Shown piece by piece: positions 51,182 through 62,387 of a DNA stretch of 64,000 bases. Positions within the stretch are counted from its first letter, which is position 1. Every line of letters begins with the position of its first letter. The position numbers and the translations under genes are program-made. The notes beneath the pieces were generated by a model. That model did not search any database, was not told the origin of the DNA, and saw only the letters and a program-made list of their open reading frames with translations. Source of the DNA: an uncultured Clostridia bacterium (GTDB lineage Bacteria; Acidobacteriota; Blastocatellia; UBA7656); assembly GCA_964468725.1 (NCBI GenBank), contig CAYXVU010000002.1, positions 993-64,992 on the forward strand, read 5' to 3'.

Positions 51182-51988
51182 TTGCGAGCACTCATGGAAT
51201 CTTCGGTCTTGCAAATCGCCTGCATCTTTGCCGCTGGCTTCCTCGCAGGTATGATCAATTCGGTTGCGGGCGGCGGCACGTTAATTTCGTTTCCCGTATT
51301 GGTCTGGTTGGGGCGCGATGCGCTGCTGGCCAACGCGACCAACGCCGTCGCCTTGTGGCCGGGTTCGTTGGCGGGGATGTTCGGTTTTCGCCACGATATA
51401 ACAGAGAGTCGTCGGTGGATGTGGCTGTTGGGGTTGCCTTCCATCATTGGCGCATTGCTTGGCGCAGTGCTGCTTTTGCTTACGCCCACCAAAATTTTTT
51501 CCGCCCTTGTTCCCTACCTGATTCTCTTTGCAACGCTGCTGTTTGCCTTTGGCGAACCGATTTCGAAACGGCTGCGCGTTTTGACGGCAGATGATGACGC
51601 TGCGCCGACAAGAGACGCGCCGACTCTGCGTGCCTGGGTTGTCGGAGCGATGGGGTTTCAATTCCTCGTCGCCACTTATGGCGGCTACTTCGGCGCAGGC
51701 ATGGGCATCTTGATGTTGGCGGCGTTGGGGCTAATGGGGCTGAGCGACATTCATCAGATGAACGGCTTGAAGAATTTTTTCGCCTTCGTCATTAACGGCG
51801 TGGCCTCGGTCTATTTCATCGCCTCCGGCAAGGTTTATTGGAGCGATGCGCTGGTGATGGCGGTTGGTGCGATGGCGGGCGGTTATGGCGGCGCGGGGTT
51901 GGCGCGCAGATTGGGCCGCAGTTTTGTGCGGCGACTGGTCATCATCATTGGCCTTGCAATGGCGATTTCGTTGCTCTTTCGGCGGTAA
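51182..51988 (+). CDS. TauE/SafE (DUF81) family membrane transporter
   Basis: Repeated GGGT...P motifs, and it is multi-TM. Confidence 0.55.
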   Translation: MRALMESSVLQIACIFAAGFLAGMINSVAGGGTLISFPVLVWLGRDALLANATNAVALWPGSLAGMFGFRHDITESRRWMWLLGLPSIIGALLGAVLLLLTPTKIFSALVPYLILFATLLFAFGEPISKRLRVLTADDDAAPTRDAPTLRAWVVGAMGFQFLVATYGGYFGAGMGILMLAALGLMGLSDIHQMNGLKNFFAFVINGVASVYFIASGKVYWSDALVMAVGAMAGGYGGAGLARRLGRSFVRRLVIIIGLAMAISLLFRR

Positions 51989-52094
51989 GCGTGGAAGCGC
52001 AAAACGCGCCTGCGCCCTTCAGGAAAAGGGTTCGTCGGCGCGCTTCGCGAGTTGAATCTTGCCGGTGAGGGATGCGAGGAAATGCGTTGCCCGT

Positions 52095-52604
52095 CTATTT
52101 TTTCGTGAACACGAAGTTGAATTCCTGCTCGCCGCGCGGGCTTTGCGTTTTGCGATGAACTTTCAGGACGCCGCCTTCGCCGAGTTCCCAATGTTCAACC
52201 GTCGTGATGGTGACCGGATTCCCTTGAAACTCCGCATTGGTCACGGAATTGAGTTCGAGCGTTTTGCCTTCGTTCATCCATTTGACTTTGCGGGTCGCTT
52301 TGCCGGTGGCTTGCCCTAAATTCACATCGGCAGTCGTTTCGCTGCCGTCGAGTTTATAGGTGACAGGTTGTCCGCCGCCCGGCCCTTGACCGCCGGTGAT
52401 CTGCGGTTCGATGACCAATTGCCCGCCCTCTTGTTTGACCATCCAAGTCACGCTTTCGGCATTTTGCCAACCTCGCGGCAATTCGCCGCTTTTGGCTTTG
52501 TCTAACACCCAAGTGCCCGCAAAGTTCGCATTATCGGCGCTTGCCGAAATAAGACTGGCGACGAAGATCGTCAACAGGCTGCTGATTGCAAAAAACTTTC
52601 TCAT
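52095..52604 (-). CDS. Secreted hypothetical protein
   Basis: A signal peptide. Beta-rich composition. Confidence 0.45.
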   Translation of the reverse strand: MRKFFAISSLLTIFVASLISASADNANFAGTWVLDKAKSGELPRGWQNAESVTWMVKQEGGQLVIEPQITGGQGPGGGQPVTYKLDGSETTADVNLGQATGKATRKVKWMNEGKTLELNSVTNAEFQGNPVTITTVEHWELGEGGVLKVHRKTQSPRGEQEFNFVFTKK

Positions 52605-52903
52605 CTCATCTGCCCTTTCTATTGTGGTGGGGATGCGATTGAATTGCCGATCAACTCAATAACGTCCGCCATCATAGACGTTCGCGCACTATGGCGCGGT
52701 TACAACGAATCCGTGAGGCTTCGCATTGTCAAAAGTTCGATCCGAAGTGTTAGACTTGCGGTTGCCCCGAAAAGCCTGTTAAAGCCGTGAACAGTGACCG
52801 GCGAGGGGCGGTCAGAAGCAGGGGATTTCACAACGTTCGATCTTCAGGCTTCCGCACCTAACTGGTTTGCTATCGAGATTGTCTGAATAAGGAGAATAGA
52901 GAC

Positions 52904-53809
52904 ATGAAGCGCACCGCATTGGCTTTTTGCTTGCTCATTGGTTTTCTTTCCATCAACGCCCGCGCCGCCGATATGTCCGATTTCGAGAAGCGCGTCGAAC
53001 ACGGTTATGCCGACAACAACGGCGTGAAGATTCATTACGCCAGTCTCGGACAGGGGCCGTTGGTAGTGATGATTCACGGCTTCCCGGATTTTTGGTATTC
53101 GTGGCGGCATCAGATGGAAGGGCTTTCGGCCAACTTCCAAACCGTCGCCATTGACCAACGCGGCTACAACCTCAGCGACAAGCCCAAAGGCGTAGAAAAT
53201 TACGACATGCGGTTGCTGGTCAGCGATGTCATCGCGGTCATCAAACATTTGAAACGCGATAAGGCCATCATCGTCGGCCACGATTGGGGTGGCGCGGTCG
53301 CCTGGGCGTTCGCCATGTCGCAGCCGCAGATGACGGAAAGACTCATCATTCTGAATCTGCCGCATCCGCGCGCCTTGTCGCGCGAATTGGCTAATAACCC
53401 GCAGCAACAGAAGAACAGTCAGTATGCGCGCAATTTTCAACAAGAAGGGTTTCACCAGAACCTCAAAGCCGAGCAACTCGCCTTTTGGGTCACCGATGCG
53501 CAGGCCAAAGAGAAGTATATCGAAGCCTTCAAACGCTCGGACATCGAAGCCATGCTCAACTACTACAAGCGCAACTATCCGCGCGAGCCGTACAAAGAAG
53601 ACACCTCGCCGGTAATCAAAGTTCAATGCTCGGTGCTGATGATTCACGGCTTGAAAGACACCGCTTTGCTCTCCAGCGGGTTGAACGGCAATTGGGATTA
53701 CATCGAAAAAGATTTGACGCTGGTCACGGTTCCCGAAGCCGGTCACTTTGTGCAACAGGACGCCGCCGAGTTCGTCACTCGCACCATGAAGATGTGGCTG
53801 GGGCGATAA
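52904..53809 (+). CDS. Secreted alpha/beta hydrolase (epoxide-hydrolase-like)
   Basis: [13 protein letters not shown], and the nucleophile motif GHDWGG. Confidence 0.65.
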   Translation: MKRTALAFCLLIGFLSINARAADMSDFEKRVEHGYADNNGVKIHYASLGQGPLVVMIHGFPDFWYSWRHQMEGLSANFQTVAIDQRGYNLSDKPKGVENYDMRLLVSDVIAVIKHLKRDKAIIVGHDWGGAVAWAFAMSQPQMTERLIILNLPHPRALSRELANNPQQQKNSQYARNFQQEGFHQNLKAEQLAFWVTDAQAKEKYIEAFKRSDIEAMLNYYKRNYPREPYKEDTSPVIKVQCSVLMIHGLKDTALLSSGLNGNWDYIEKDLTLVTVPEAGHFVQQDAAEFVTRTMKMWLGR

Positions 53810-53958
53810 AAGAGAGTAGCGAATGGCAAGCTACGCAGAAGAGTGAAGGATGATGGGGCGCGGTACATTGCTTTTCGGAGTTCTCATCCATCGTTCGGCA
53901 TTCTGCTTTCATCTCTCTGCCTAGCTCGCCGCTCGCCATTTTGTAGGAGGGAGAACCA

Positions 53959-54747
53959 ATGAGTGACGCGCCGATTCTCACCGAGGTCGCCGATAAGGTT
54001 GCAACCTTGACCTTCAACCGTCCTGACAAACTCAATGCCTTGAGCCGCGATTTGCTGACCCAATCTCTGAGGGTCTTGAGCGAGTGGAGCCGCGATTCTG
54101 AAGTCGGCGCTATTGTCGTGACTGGCGCAGGGCGTGCCTTTTGCGCGGGCGGCGATGTGTCGAGCATGGCGAGCGCCGCTGAATTGACCCTCGAACAACG
54201 CATTGACCAACTGCGTTTCGGACACGAACTCTCGTGGATGCTCTATAACATTCCGAAGATCACTGTGGCTGCCGTCAATGGCTTTGCGATGGGGGCGGGG
54301 CTTGGCGTCTGTCTCGCTTGCGATCTGCGCTACGCCTCGACACAGGCAAAGTTCGGCACGGCGTTCGCCAAAGTCGGCTACAGCGGCGATTTCGGCACGA
54401 CCTGGTTGCTGACGCGCTATGCCGGTGCACCCAAAGCGAAAGAGTTGCTCATCCTCGGTGATGTCCTCGAAGCAAGCGAAGCCGAGCGTATCGGCCTCGT
54501 CAATCGCGTTGTCGAAGCCGATACGCTCCGCGCCACGGTACACGAAGTCGCGGCGCGCATCGCCAGCGGGCCGCTCACCAGCTTTCGTTACATGAAAGCT
54601 AACGTCAACTTATCAATGGCCGCCGATTTTCGCAGCGCGCTCGACCGCGAAGCCGAAACCCAAAGCCGTTGCGGCCTGACCGACGATCATCAAGAAGGCG
54701 TGCGCGCCTTTATGGAAAAACGCGCGCCCGTGTTTACCGGCAAGTAA
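53959..54747 (+). CDS. Enoyl-CoA hydratase/isomerase (crotonase) family protein
   Basis: The crotonase fold motifs AFCAGGD, and an oxyanion-hole region. Confidence 0.75.
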   Translation: MSDAPILTEVADKVATLTFNRPDKLNALSRDLLTQSLRVLSEWSRDSEVGAIVVTGAGRAFCAGGDVSSMASAAELTLEQRIDQLRFGHELSWMLYNIPKITVAAVNGFAMGAGLGVCLACDLRYASTQAKFGTAFAKVGYSGDFGTTWLLTRYAGAPKAKELLILGDVLEASEAERIGLVNRVVEADTLRATVHEVAARIASGPLTSFRYMKANVNLSMAADFRSALDREAETQSRCGLTDDHQEGVRAFMEKRAPVFTGK

Positions 54748-54756
54748 CAACTGTCT

Positions 54757-55956
54757 ATGCCTTTCCTGCTTGCCAAGCTTGCGCTCTTCAGTCTGCTGGT
54801 TCCGACCGGCGAGCAGGTTGAATGGGTACGGGTCGGACTCTTCAGTCTGTTTAAGCCGCAAATTTTGCACGTGCAGGTGGCCGATCAAACTGCAACGATT
54901 GATACCGGCAGCCTGACCCTCTCGCTGGATGTCGGTGAAGGGTTGCGCGTGACGCTCAGTGGCTCACAACTGCACGTCCTGCTGATTGACCGCTACGGGC
55001 GCATCAAACAGTCGCTCAACGCGTCGCACCTCAAACTGACAGGCGTCGGGGCGACCGCTTTCGAACTCAGCATCCCGCAAAAGATCCGGCGCACCGTGCG
55101 CGGTGACCTATTGATTGCTGCGCCGACGGCGGCATCAACAGGGTTGCGCATCATCCTTTCGACCGCCTTTGAATCTGCTGTCGCGTCGGTGACCGCCGCA
55201 GAGATGCAAGGGCAACAGCAGACGGAAGCGATCAAAGCCCTGTCGGTCATCGCGCGCACCTATATGCTCGCAAACCTTGGGCGACACCATGATGAAGGGT
55301 TTGACTTTTGCGACACCACGCATTGCCAACTCTATCGCGGCGAGCAGGACTTATCCGCAGAGCTTGCCGCACCGCTGATGGCGCGCGCCGTTGCGGCGAC
55401 GGCAGGCGAATATCTGGCCTTTCAGAACCAAGCGGTTGATGTCTATTTCACGGCTGTGTGCGGCGGGTTATCGGCGACGCCAGAGATGGTATGGGGAGGC
55501 GCGAGTCGCTACCCCTATCAACGCATCGCCTGCGATTGGTGCAAACCGTCCGAGTATGCGCATTGGCAACGGCAAGCAGCCGCGTCGTCAGTGGTTGCCG
55601 CACTCTCGGCGGCGACGGGCGCGCGCCTGTCGCAAAATGTGAAGCTCACGGTTGAGAAATATGCTAACAGCGAAGTGGCGCACGCTGTCGTCCTCAGCGA
55701 TAGAGGGCGGCAACTGCGGTTGACCGTCGAGGAGTTTCGTCGTGCTGTGGGTCGTAAACTGGGATGGAATCGCGTGCTCAGCCCTTCGTTCGAGGTGGAG
55801 CGGCGCGGCGAGCGGTTCTTTTTTCGAGGGCGGGGATTCGGTAGTCAGGTGGGATTTTGTTTGATAGGCTCAGTGGCGCAAGCGGCGGCAGGGCGCGGCT
55901 ACCGCGACATACTCGGTTTTTATTTTCCCGAAACGACGATCAGAACGAGGCCGTGA
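54757..55956 (+). CDS. SpoIID/LytB domain protein
   Basis: ALSVIARTY...FDFCDTTHCQLYRG. Confidence 0.55.
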   Translation: MPFLLAKLALFSLLVPTGEQVEWVRVGLFSLFKPQILHVQVADQTATIDTGSLTLSLDVGEGLRVTLSGSQLHVLLIDRYGRIKQSLNASHLKLTGVGATAFELSIPQKIRRTVRGDLLIAAPTAASTGLRIILSTAFESAVASVTAAEMQGQQQTEAIKALSVIARTYMLANLGRHHDEGFDFCDTTHCQLYRGEQDLSAELAAPLMARAVAATAGEYLAFQNQAVDVYFTAVCGGLSATPEMVWGGASRYPYQRIACDWCKPSEYAHWQRQAAASSVVAALSAATGARLSQNVKLTVEKYANSEVAHAVVLSDRGRQLRLTVEEFRRAVGRKLGWNRVLSPSFEVERRGERFFFRGRGFGSQVGFCLIGSVAQAAAGRGYRDILGFYFPETTIRTRP

Positions 55957-55957
55957 A

Positions 55958-56590
55958 TTGATATTTCTGACCATGACAGTTTCGCTCTTTGGTATCAAAA
56001 GCTGGCTCACCTCTTTGGCCAATTGGTTGATGACCTTTGGCGCGCTCGGTCTATTCGGCATCGCGCTGCTCGATTCCGCACTGCTGCCGATGCCGAGCGG
56101 CCCGGATCTGATTTTAATTACCCTGAGCACACTCAATCCTGCGCGTATGCCGTTGTATGTGCTCGCTGCGACGACGGGGTCAACCATCGGCTGCACCTTG
56201 CTCTACCTGATGGCCAGACGCGTCGGCATCAGCGTACTCAATCGCGTCAGTCAAGCGCGGCGCGACAAGATTGAAAACCTGCTCGGTCGTTACGATATGC
56301 TGGCGGTAATGATTCCGGCGATTTTGCCGCCGCCCTTTCCGTTCAAACCCTTCGTCTTGTCAGCAGGAGTGTTCAAACTCAAACTCAGCCGCTTTATCTT
56401 GGCGATCTTCATCGGGCGCGCCATACGGTTTTTCATAGAAGGATGGCTGGCCATCGAATTCGGCGATGAAGCGGTGCAGATCATCAAACAGCATGGCGTA
56501 AAGGTCTTGATTGGCGTGGCTCTGATTGGGCTTGGTTGGCTAGCGTGGCGCTATTTTCGTTCCCGACAGATTCCATCTGATGTAAATTAA
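55958..56590 (+). CDS. DedA/YqaA-type (SNARE-associated) membrane protein
   Basis: A multi-TM protein with the conserved G..F/P motifs. TTG start. Confidence 0.45.
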   Translation: MIFLTMTVSLFGIKSWLTSLANWLMTFGALGLFGIALLDSALLPMPSGPDLILITLSTLNPARMPLYVLAATTGSTIGCTLLYLMARRVGISVLNRVSQARRDKIENLLGRYDMLAVMIPAILPPPFPFKPFVLSAGVFKLKLSRFILAIFIGRAIRFFIEGWLAIEFGDEAVQIIKQHGVKVLIGVALIGLGWLAWRYFRSRQIPSDVN

Positions 56591-56700
56591 GTGAACGGAT
56601 CAGCCCTCAGATAGTTAGAACCTTTTGGAAAAGTTTCTTTTCCGCTTTTAGCCCCATGTGCTAGCATTAGCAGCTTGTATGGAAGTGAGTCACCGAATTC

Positions 56701-57180
56701 ATGAATAAACTCTTGTTGACAGCCTTGATTCCCCTGCTGATGTTCACGGGGTTCGCTCAAACACGAACTTGCTTGCGCATACTACCAATGGACGAGTTGA
56801 CGCGCGCCTCGGCAGTCATCGCGCGTGTGAAAGTTGTGCGGGCACGCGCCGGGTCGTATCAGGGCACCTACGGTCAGTTTGCCATCCTACAACCGGTCGA
56901 AGTAATTCAAGGCAACTTTTCGATCAAAGAACTCTACGTGTTGGCGCAGTCGAATGTCCCGTGCGCTGATGACCGCTACCTCGAAAAACAAGAGTTCCTC
57001 GTCTTTCTCGAACCCGAAGCCAGTCTCTTTCACACCGTCAATTATCAATACGGCCAGTTCCTTATCGAAGGCGAGATTGTCAAAGGCTGGCGCGATAAAA
57101 ACGGCGCGGCCAGCGACCGCCCCTTTGTTGAAGTCCGGCAGGAGATTTTACGTTATCTGAGCGGCAACCCGCCCGAATAA
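56701..57180 (+). CDS. Secreted hypothetical protein
   Basis: A signal peptide. Confidence 0.4.
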   Translation: MNKLLLTALIPLLMFTGFAQTRTCLRILPMDELTRASAVIARVKVVRARAGSYQGTYGQFAILQPVEVIQGNFSIKELYVLAQSNVPCADDRYLEKQEFLVFLEPEASLFHTVNYQYGQFLIEGEIVKGWRDKNGAASDRPFVEVRQEILRYLSGNPPE

Positions 57181-57348
57181 ACGGCCAACCCGGCACCACC
57201 GCCACAGACCTGCCCACCGTTATAGAAAGCTTTGTGAACGAGTTTCGAAAGATTTTCCTTCTCAACTGACTGTATCTCGTCCGCCAATCTGTGCTAGAGT
57301 CCCGACAGCCGGAAATTTTCAACACTCATCGGTTCTTCGCAACAGGGG

Positions 57349-58380
57349 ATGAAATTTATTTTGCATAGCAGCCCAAAATCCAAACCGCGTTTGACGATTC
57401 ATCACTTGGTCAGTTCGCGTGACACTGGCAGTTTTGCCGATGATGTGCGCGCCGGACTCATCGCCTATCCCAAGTTTCTCTTGCCGAAATACTTTTACGA
57501 TGAACTCGGTTCGCGGCTTTTTGAAGCCATCTGTTGCCTCCCCGAATACAGCGTGACGCGCGACGAAAGCGAAATTCTTCGTCAGCACACGAACGAGATT
57601 CTGACGCGCATCGAACCGCAGGGCGCGCGCCCCATTCGCCTCATCGAACTCGGCAGCGGCAGTTCATCCAAAACGCGCTACGTGATCGAAGCTCTCCTCG
57701 CCCGGCAGTCGGAGTTGTACTATGTGCCGGTAGATATCTCGCCGGAGATTTTAGAACTGAGCGCACAAGAGTTGTTGCGGAAATATGTGGCTCTGCGGAT
57801 TACCGCCTATGCTGCGGATTACACGACCGCTTTTCGCACCTTGGCCAGCGACGAGACGACGCACACTGAGCGCAACGTCGTACTGTTTCTCGGTTCGAGC
57901 ATCGGCAATTTCGACCCGGCAGATGCGCAGTCGCTTCTCAAAGACATTCGTAACGCTTTGCGGGTCGGTGATGCGCTTTTACTCGGCACGGATTTGAAGA
58001 AGTCCGCCGCTTACCTCGAAGCCGCTTATGACGATGCATTGGGAGTGACGGCAGCATTCAATTTGAACCTGCTGGCGCGCATCAACCGCGAACTTGATGG
58101 CGATTTCGCCATCAAACAGTTTCAACACCGCGCCGTATATAACGAACTGGAAGGGCGAGTCGAAATTCATCTGGTCAGTCGCGTCGCGCAAACCGTGCGC
58201 GTCGGCGCCATTGGTTTGACGGTGAATTTCGAGGCAGGTGAAACGATTCACACGGAAAACTCCTACAAGTACGATGCCGAACAAATCTGCGAATTGGCGC
58301 ACAGCGCAGGCTTCGCAGCCAAACAGAGTTGGCAGGATAGCCAACAGCGATTCCGTTTCAATCTGCTCGTCGCTGAATGA
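57349..58380 (+). CDS. egtD: L-histidine N-alpha-methyltransferase EgtD
   Basis: [28 protein letters not shown] and [10 protein letters not shown], which match EgtD-family motifs. Confidence 0.65.
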   Translation: MKFILHSSPKSKPRLTIHHLVSSRDTGSFADDVRAGLIAYPKFLLPKYFYDELGSRLFEAICCLPEYSVTRDESEILRQHTNEILTRIEPQGARPIRLIELGSGSSSKTRYVIEALLARQSELYYVPVDISPEILELSAQELLRKYVALRITAYAADYTTAFRTLASDETTHTERNVVLFLGSSIGNFDPADAQSLLKDIRNALRVGDALLLGTDLKKSAAYLEAAYDDALGVTAAFNLNLLARINRELDGDFAIKQFQHRAVYNELEGRVEIHLVSRVAQTVRVGAIGLTVNFEAGETIHTENSYKYDAEQICELAHSAGFAAKQSWQDSQQRFRFNLLVAE

Positions 58381-58454
58381 AGCGCAGGAACATTCCCCCT
58401 TACGTCGGTGTCAAACCTCGATAGAGCGCTCACCAAATTTCGAGGTCTATCGTC

Positions 58455-58871
58455 TTGCCAAACCCGACTTCACGAACCCGCGCGGCGCGCGTTGCACCGA
58501 CAATCAATGTCACGCCGCTTGTTGATGTACTGCTTGTGCTGTTGATCCTCTTTATGATCGCGCAACCGAAACGCGAGCAAAAGCTTCCGGTCACAACTCC
58601 GCAACCGGCGGTGGAAGACAGCCCCTCACCTCCGGAGATGTTGATGCTCACCGTGTCAGAAGATTTTCAACTGGCGCTCAATTCACAGGCGATTCGAATG
58701 GAAGAATTGCTACCTCTGCTCAGCCGTTTGATGGAAGAACGGCAAGTCGAAGCGCGCGCACTCTTTATCAAAGCACCGCCGCGCGCTGCCTATCACTCTG
58801 TCGTATTATTGATTGATCTCGCCAAAGGCGCGGGCGTCAAGACCATTGGGTTACTAGCCGATGAGAGTTAG
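58455..58871 (+). CDS. ExbD/TolR-family biopolymer transport protein
   Basis: INVTPLVDVLLVLLILFM TM helix, followed by a periplasmic domain. Confidence 0.65.
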   Translation: MPNPTSRTRAARVAPTINVTPLVDVLLVLLILFMIAQPKREQKLPVTTPQPAVEDSPSPPEMLMLTVSEDFQLALNSQAIRMEELLPLLSRLMEERQVEARALFIKAPPRAAYHSVVLLIDLAKGAGVKTIGLLADES

Positions 58872-58979
58872 CTCAGCACGCGGTTTCATAAGCTAAGAAC
58901 AGATCGCCAAGAGATGTAACCTTGGGTAATTTTTCTTGCGCTCTCGGTGACGAGGCGGTGAGAAGATTACGGAGGCTTT

Positions 58980-60509
58980 TTATGCGATCTTTCGCAAGCC
59001 CATTTTATAGAGCAGCTTCATCAAGCCTTTGAATCGCGCATACCAACGCTCAGTGTAGGGGAACCACCAGAAGTTGCTCGGCATCGGCAGCAGGTCCCAA
59101 TTGATATGTTTCATGCGCACGAACTCCAATAGCCCCGCGCTGCCATGCGTCACCCCCATCCCGCTCTCTTTCACCCCAAACCAAGGGGTGCGCGCCGAGC
59201 CATGCGTATAAATCGCGTCATTGATAATCACGGTACCGGCTTCGATGCGGCGCGCGATGCGACGACCTTTGTCATTATCGGAAGTCCACACCGACGCGAG
59301 CAGACCGTAGCGTGTATGGTTGGCTTCACGGATGGCTTCCTCTTCATCCTTGACGACGATGATGGGCAAGACCGGGCCGAAGGTCTCTTCGGTTACGACT
59401 TTCATGGAGTTGTTGACATCAACGAGTACGGTCGGCTCAAAGAAGAAGCCGCCGAGGTCATCACGACGTCTACCGCCGGTCAATACCCGCGCCCCGCGCG
59501 CGACGGCATCGGCAATCTGCTCGTTGACGATGTTGAGTTGCGCTTCATTCGCCAGCGGGCCGATGTCGGTTGCGCACCCTGAAGGCGCGCCGATGCGCAG
59601 TTTCTTCACCTCTTCGACCACTGCAGGGATGAACTTTTCCGCCAACGGTTCGACGACGTAGAGCCGTTCGACCGACGCGCACACCTGTCCGCAGTTGGCA
59701 AACGCGCCCCACACTGCGCCTTTGACGGTGCGTTCGAAGGGCGCATCTTCACAGACAATCATGGGGTCTTTGCCGCCAAGTTCTAACACGACTGGCAATA
59801 AGCGTTTGGCTGCACTTTCGGCAATCTTTTTGCCGGTGCGCACCGAACCGGTGAAGAAAATTTTGTCTACTGATGATTCGACCAGCGCCGCGCCGGTCGA
59901 GCCATCGCCTTGTAAGACTTGAATGAGGCCTTCGGGAAATCCGGCTGCCGCCATCAGTCGTTGAATGGCATCGGCCACCAGCGGCGTGTATTCGGAAGGC
60001 TTCAAGATCACCGCATTCCCGGCCATCAGCGCCATAATGATTTCGCCCATCGGAATGGCGAAGGGGAAATTCCATGGGCTGATGATGCCGACGACGCCGA
60101 GCGGTTCATAGGTAATCAGCGAACGCTTATTGCGAAATACGGCGAGGGTGAAGCGCTCGTCGCGCAATACGCGCTCGGTCTTGGCGGCAAAATGGCTCAT
60201 CAAATCGGCGACCGGAAAGACTTCGGTCGTGAGCGCTTCGAAGCCGGGTTTGCCGGTTTCGTCCGAGAGGATGCTGATGATTTCGTTCTGTCGGTCATAG
60301 AGTGCGCGGCGGGCTTTGAGCACATAGCGCGCGCGATTGCGATACGAGAGCGCCGCCCACCCCGGTTGCGCGGCGCGCGCCCGCGCCAGAGCCGCATTCA
60401 CATCTTCAGCGGTGGCAATCGGGAAGCGTCCCAACTCTTCGAGAGTTGATGGGTTCAGGGATACGATTTCAAGTCTGTGCGCGTTGACGTTTGCTAGCCT
60501 TGCAGTCAT
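58980..60509 (-). CDS. NAD(P)-dependent aldehyde dehydrogenase family protein
   Basis: LELGGKDP, and the catalytic Cys region GQVCASVER. Confidence 0.8.
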   Translation of the reverse strand: MTARLANVNAHRLEIVSLNPSTLEELGRFPIATAEDVNAALARARAAQPGWAALSYRNRARYVLKARRALYDRQNEIISILSDETGKPGFEALTTEVFPVADLMSHFAAKTERVLRDERFTLAVFRNKRSLITYEPLGVVGIISPWNFPFAIPMGEIIMALMAGNAVILKPSEYTPLVADAIQRLMAAAGFPEGLIQVLQGDGSTGAALVESSVDKIFFTGSVRTGKKIAESAAKRLLPVVLELGGKDPMIVCEDAPFERTVKGAVWGAFANCGQVCASVERLYVVEPLAEKFIPAVVEEVKKLRIGAPSGCATDIGPLANEAQLNIVNEQIADAVARGARVLTGGRRRDDLGGFFFEPTVLVDVNNSMKVVTEETFGPVLPIIVVKDEEEAIREANHTRYGLLASVWTSDNDKGRRIARRIEAGTVIINDAIYTHGSARTPWFGVKESGMGVTHGSAGLLEFVRMKHINWDLLPMPSNFWWFPYTERWYARFKGLMKLLYKMGLRKIA

Positions 60510-60552
60510 GCCGCCTCCTTCAAAAGTGACGAGTGACGAGCAAAGGAGGGAT

Positions 60553-61209
60553 TCACTCGTTCGGGTTACCGACCATACGAATCAAATCCTGTGGGGAATC
60601 GAACAAATGATCCGGCGCGTGCGACATCAGTCTTTCACGATTCACGCCGCTCCACAAGGCAGCGGCGGTGCGCGTGCCTGCGCGTTGTCCCATCAAAATG
60701 TCGGACGGACTATCGCCAATGACCAGCGTGCGCTGCGGGTTAGCATCGAAATGGCGGAGGGCGCGCAGCACGCCATCGGGTTCGGGCTTCGGGTTGTCCA
60801 CGTCATCCCCCCAGATGGCCAGTTCGATATGCCCTGCCAGCCCGGTGATGTCCAGTTCGAGTTCGCCAGCGCGGCGCGGCTTGAGCGAAACGATGGCCAG
60901 ATGCGCCGCCCGCCGGTTCAATAGGTCAAGCGCTTCGATAATGCCTTCATAAGCGATCAGGTGCAGGTGATGGTTAGCGTAATAATGCTCTTCGAAACTG
61001 AGCAACAGATCATCGAGAGTCGCTTCCCCGTAGCGCCGCAAAACCTCTTGTGGCGTCAGATTCCAGTATTCCCGAAACTCCGCCTCGTCAATGATCTGTC
61101 CGGTGTGTCGTCGGATGGTGTGCGAGAAGGCCGCGTTATAGGCGTCCTCCGAACGCGCGAGCGTGCCATCGAAATCGAAGATGAAGCAATCGAACGAAGT
61201 CATAAACAA
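60553..61209 (-). CDS. HAD-superfamily hydrolase (phosphatase)
   Basis: FDFDGTLA motif I, and motif IV GDSPSD. Confidence 0.7.
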   Translation of the reverse strand: MFMTSFDCFIFDFDGTLARSEDAYNAAFSHTIRRHTGQIIDEAEFREYWNLTPQEVLRRYGEATLDDLLLSFEEHYYANHHLHLIAYEGIIEALDLLNRRAAHLAIVSLKPRRAGELELDITGLAGHIELAIWGDDVDNPKPEPDGVLRALRHFDANPQRTLVIGDSPSDILMGQRAGTRTAAALWSGVNRERLMSHAPDHLFDSPQDLIRMVGNPNE

Positions 61210-61257
61210 ATGAGGATGGAAGAGAGCAGCAGGGAACGAGTTTGCCTTGCGCCTTCT

Positions 61258-62169
61258 TCAGTCAGTTTTCTGAATCTCTTGATACTCGCCCATAACCCGG
61301 AATTTATCGTGGCGTTGTTGCACAAGTTGGTCGCCGCTCAGGTGGCGCAGCGAATTGAGCGATTCGAGTAAGTAATGATCGAGGGTTTCGGCTGTCTTTT
61401 GGTGATCAGTGTGCGCGCCGCCCGGAGGTTCGGGAACGATCTTATCAATCAGCTTGAACCGGAGGAGGTCGGGAGCCGTCAGCTTCAAAGCTTCCGCCGC
61501 CTGTTCCGCATAGGCCGGGTCGCGCCAGAGAATCGAGGCGCAACCTTCGGGCGAGATGACCGAGTAGATCGAATTCTCCAGCATCATCACGATATTGCCG
61601 ACGCCAATGGCCAGCGCTCCGCCCGAACCGCCTTCGCCGGTTACGGTGACGATGACCGGCACTTCGAGTTTGGCCATCTCGCGTAGGTTGTAAGCGATAG
61701 CTTCGGCCTGTCCGCGCTCCTCCGCGTCAATGCCGGGATAAGCGCCGGGCGTGTCAATAAAGGTGAAGATAGGGCGATGAAACTTATGCGCCAGTTTCAT
61801 GATGCGCAAGGCTTTGCGATACCCTTCCGGTTTGGGCATGCCAAAATTGCGTTGCTGACGCTCTTTCGTGGTGCGGCCTTTTTGATGGCCGATGACGACG
61901 CACGGTTCATCATGAAAGACGGCCAGCCCCGCGATCATTGCCGGATCATCGCCAAACCGGCGGTCGCCGTGCAGTTCGATGAAGTGGGTAAAGATCAGCT
62001 TGATATAGTCGAGGGTGTAAGGGCGATCTGAATGCCGCGCCAGTTGCACGCGCTCCCAAGCGCTGGGCGGGCGCTCGGCTGTGAGATTCGCAGATTCGGA
62101 TTCTTGTAATCGGCGGTGAATCTCGTCAATCGAGTCGTCTTCGCTTGCAGCCATGTTTCGTTCAGCCAT
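61258..62169 (-). CDS. accA: Acetyl-CoA carboxylase carboxyltransferase alpha subunit
   Basis: [10 protein letters not shown]...[12 protein letters not shown]. The start is uncertain (62169, 62154, or the longer 62295). Confidence 0.75.
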   Translation of the reverse strand: MAERNMAASEDDSIDEIHRRLQESESANLTAERPPSAWERVQLARHSDRPYTLDYIKLIFTHFIELHGDRRFGDDPAMIAGLAVFHDEPCVVIGHQKGRTTKERQQRNFGMPKPEGYRKALRIMKLAHKFHRPIFTFIDTPGAYPGIDAEERGQAEAIAYNLREMAKLEVPVIVTVTGEGGSGGALAIGVGNIVMMLENSIYSVISPEGCASILWRDPAYAEQAAEALKLTAPDLLRFKLIDKIVPEPPGGAHTDHQKTAETLDHYLLESLNSLRHLSGDQLVQQRHDKFRVMGEYQEIQKTD

Positions 62170-62387
62170 GTTTCGCTTCCAATAATTTGACCGCCACGCG
62201 CCTGGCGAACCAAACAGGTGGTTGACCGGCAAGCGCGAAACGAAGAAGGCTGTCGTGCGCTTGTTGCTGACCGCCTCTTTCTGCTCGCGCCTCACTTTGC
62301 CGCCTATCTTGACACTCTTTGCACCGCCTTGCTACATTCCGCCCGCTTATCATTTCACTCTGCGTTTGACAAAGGAGAGCAAGCATT

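Noticed and set aside
62141-62170. A tandem duplication AGCCATGTTTCG(TTC)AGCCATGTTTCG at the accA start, giving MAERNMAAS
   Set aside because: It is a short local duplication that creates two candidate start codons. It has no obvious functional implication beyond start-site ambiguity.
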